A stretch of DNA of 64,000 bases, taken from Marsupella aquatica (taxonomy: Eukaryota; Plantae; Marchantiophyta). Numbering within the stretch: the first letter of the stretch is position 1; the number at the start of each line of letters is the position of its first letter. The stretch lies in NCBI GenBank assembly GCA_973895155.1, contig OZ316893.1:14228645-14292644 (forward strand), in the 5' to 3' direction. The notes under the pieces are model-generated. The model searched no databases and had not been told where the DNA came from. It saw only the letters and a list, made by a program, of their open reading frames with translations. The position numbers were made by a program, and so were the translations under genes. Shown piece after piece: positions 62,619 through 64,000 of the stretch.

Positions 62619-62650
62619 TTAATTAATTAATTAATTAATTAATTAATTAA
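62619..62650. repeat. (TTAA)8 palindromic microsatellite
   Basis: Direct reading. Confidence 0.95.
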
Positions 62651-64000
62651 TTTTACAGCATAAGCCCTGCAGGAAGGTATCTTTATAATATTCTCAATCA
62701 ATTAATTGTTCTATGCCATCTGTGAAGTAGAGTGGGGCTTTACAGGCGAGCTGGGCCTGATGAGCATTTTTCTTTGTAAAGAGCCAAAAACATTTAAGAG
62801 AAAAAGCCCAAAAACTACAAAGAGAAACAATGACGAAGAACTTCAGCACACCCCATAAATGACAGAAACTGTCTCGACGTCTAACTGTACGATTACTGCG
62901 AGCGTAGACAGTACGAGCAGTGTAAAATAGCCCATTCCGATTCCGCCACGAGGTTCATTCCCCCGTTCGTTCGTTCGTCCCGCACTCGGCACTCGATTCC
63001 CTCCTCCTCAATCGGATCGGCTCATGGTCATGGAGGCAGCAGCTACAGTGTTGGCACGCCTCGGGACGAGGCGGCTGTAGAGCGTTGAACAGACAAATCA
63101 ATTCAACTCGCCCACCAAAGAAGAATTTTCAAAGGCGGAAGTAAAGAATTGATGACGGGCAATGGCTGCCAAGGAAAGTCCAGTCCAGTCCAGTCCAGTG
63201 CAGTGCAGAAGTCCTGTCCGGTCGTCCATCGAGAGTCGTCATTCAACGGGTTCGCTAGGAGGAGTTTGATTCTTACGAGACTAGAGTAGATGGAGAAAGG
63301 GTGATTCAAACGCATGGGGTCGGAGGGAGTGAGTAGTGGGGGAGGGGGGCGGGCAAGAGGAGTGGGTACTACCGTAGCGCCCATCGCCTCATCTCATAGC
63401 AGGGAGGCGTTGAACAGCGAGCTGAGCTGTGTGTGGGTTGAATATAAATTGTCAAACAGACTACACTGATCCTGGACTGGACTGGACTGGACGGGATTGG
63501 AGTGGACGGAGATTGGTATAAGAGCTGCTGTCACTTTGTACGTCTTTGAAAACTGTGTTGACGAACACAGCCGTTGTGCGGGAGAGCGGAAGGTTTCGTT
63601 GTCGTTGAAAGGCTGACGAGAGCAGAGCAGAGCACAGCAGCGAGAGGAAGTTGGAGACTGTTCTTTCTAATGCTGATGAGTACTTGTTTATTTGCTTTGG
63701 GGAACGGAAAGGAGGTGGTGGTGTGTGTGCTGCGTCGGTCGTCTACGACACCACCGTGGGGCGGGATGGTGGCTTGGCTGGACGTCTACGACACTTGTTG
63801 CCAGCAGCGATTTACTACGAAAGGGAAATAGCACGTCGGACGACTTCTTTCGGAAGAGAGGCACGATAGAAGCCTGGACAGTGTGAAGAAAGAAGGTAGG
63901 GTGACGAATCGTAGAGCATGATGAGGAACCCCGACGGAATTTTAGTGAGTACTGAGTGTAGTAGGAGATGGGCACGGTGTGACGAGTTTGGAAAATGGCA

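Overview
Eukaryotic, repeat-rich land-plant DNA. A non-seed plant such as a liverwort is my inference from the element types, not proven. There is one clear host gene: a 10-exon aldehyde oxidase (molybdo-flavoenzyme, about 1440 aa, + strand, 21362-30009). Around it is a nest of mobile DNA. (1) A full-length Ty3/gypsy LTR retrotransposon (1985-10746; 4-bp TSD; gag-PR and RT-RH-INT apparently joined by a -1 frameshift and pseudoknot; pol broken by two stops and a MITE), inserted into a ~0.97-kb tandem duplication. (2) Two head-to-head copies of a CRE-like non-LTR retrotransposon with a restriction-like endonuclease (33348-41266 minus; ~45.7k-56109 plus), each interrupted by a different but related Ty1/copia element (34106-40104; 48015-54744). 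(3) Several MITEs, a probable non-autonomous Helitron and short tandem duplications. Most notable: both divergent copia elements keep an in-frame UGA at the same gag/pol position; a MITE has replaced the last codons and stop of the aldehyde oxidase while the original ending survives downstream; related copia elements hit the same CRE family twice; and the CRE RT has LSDD instead of YxDD. All alignments and counts were done by eye.
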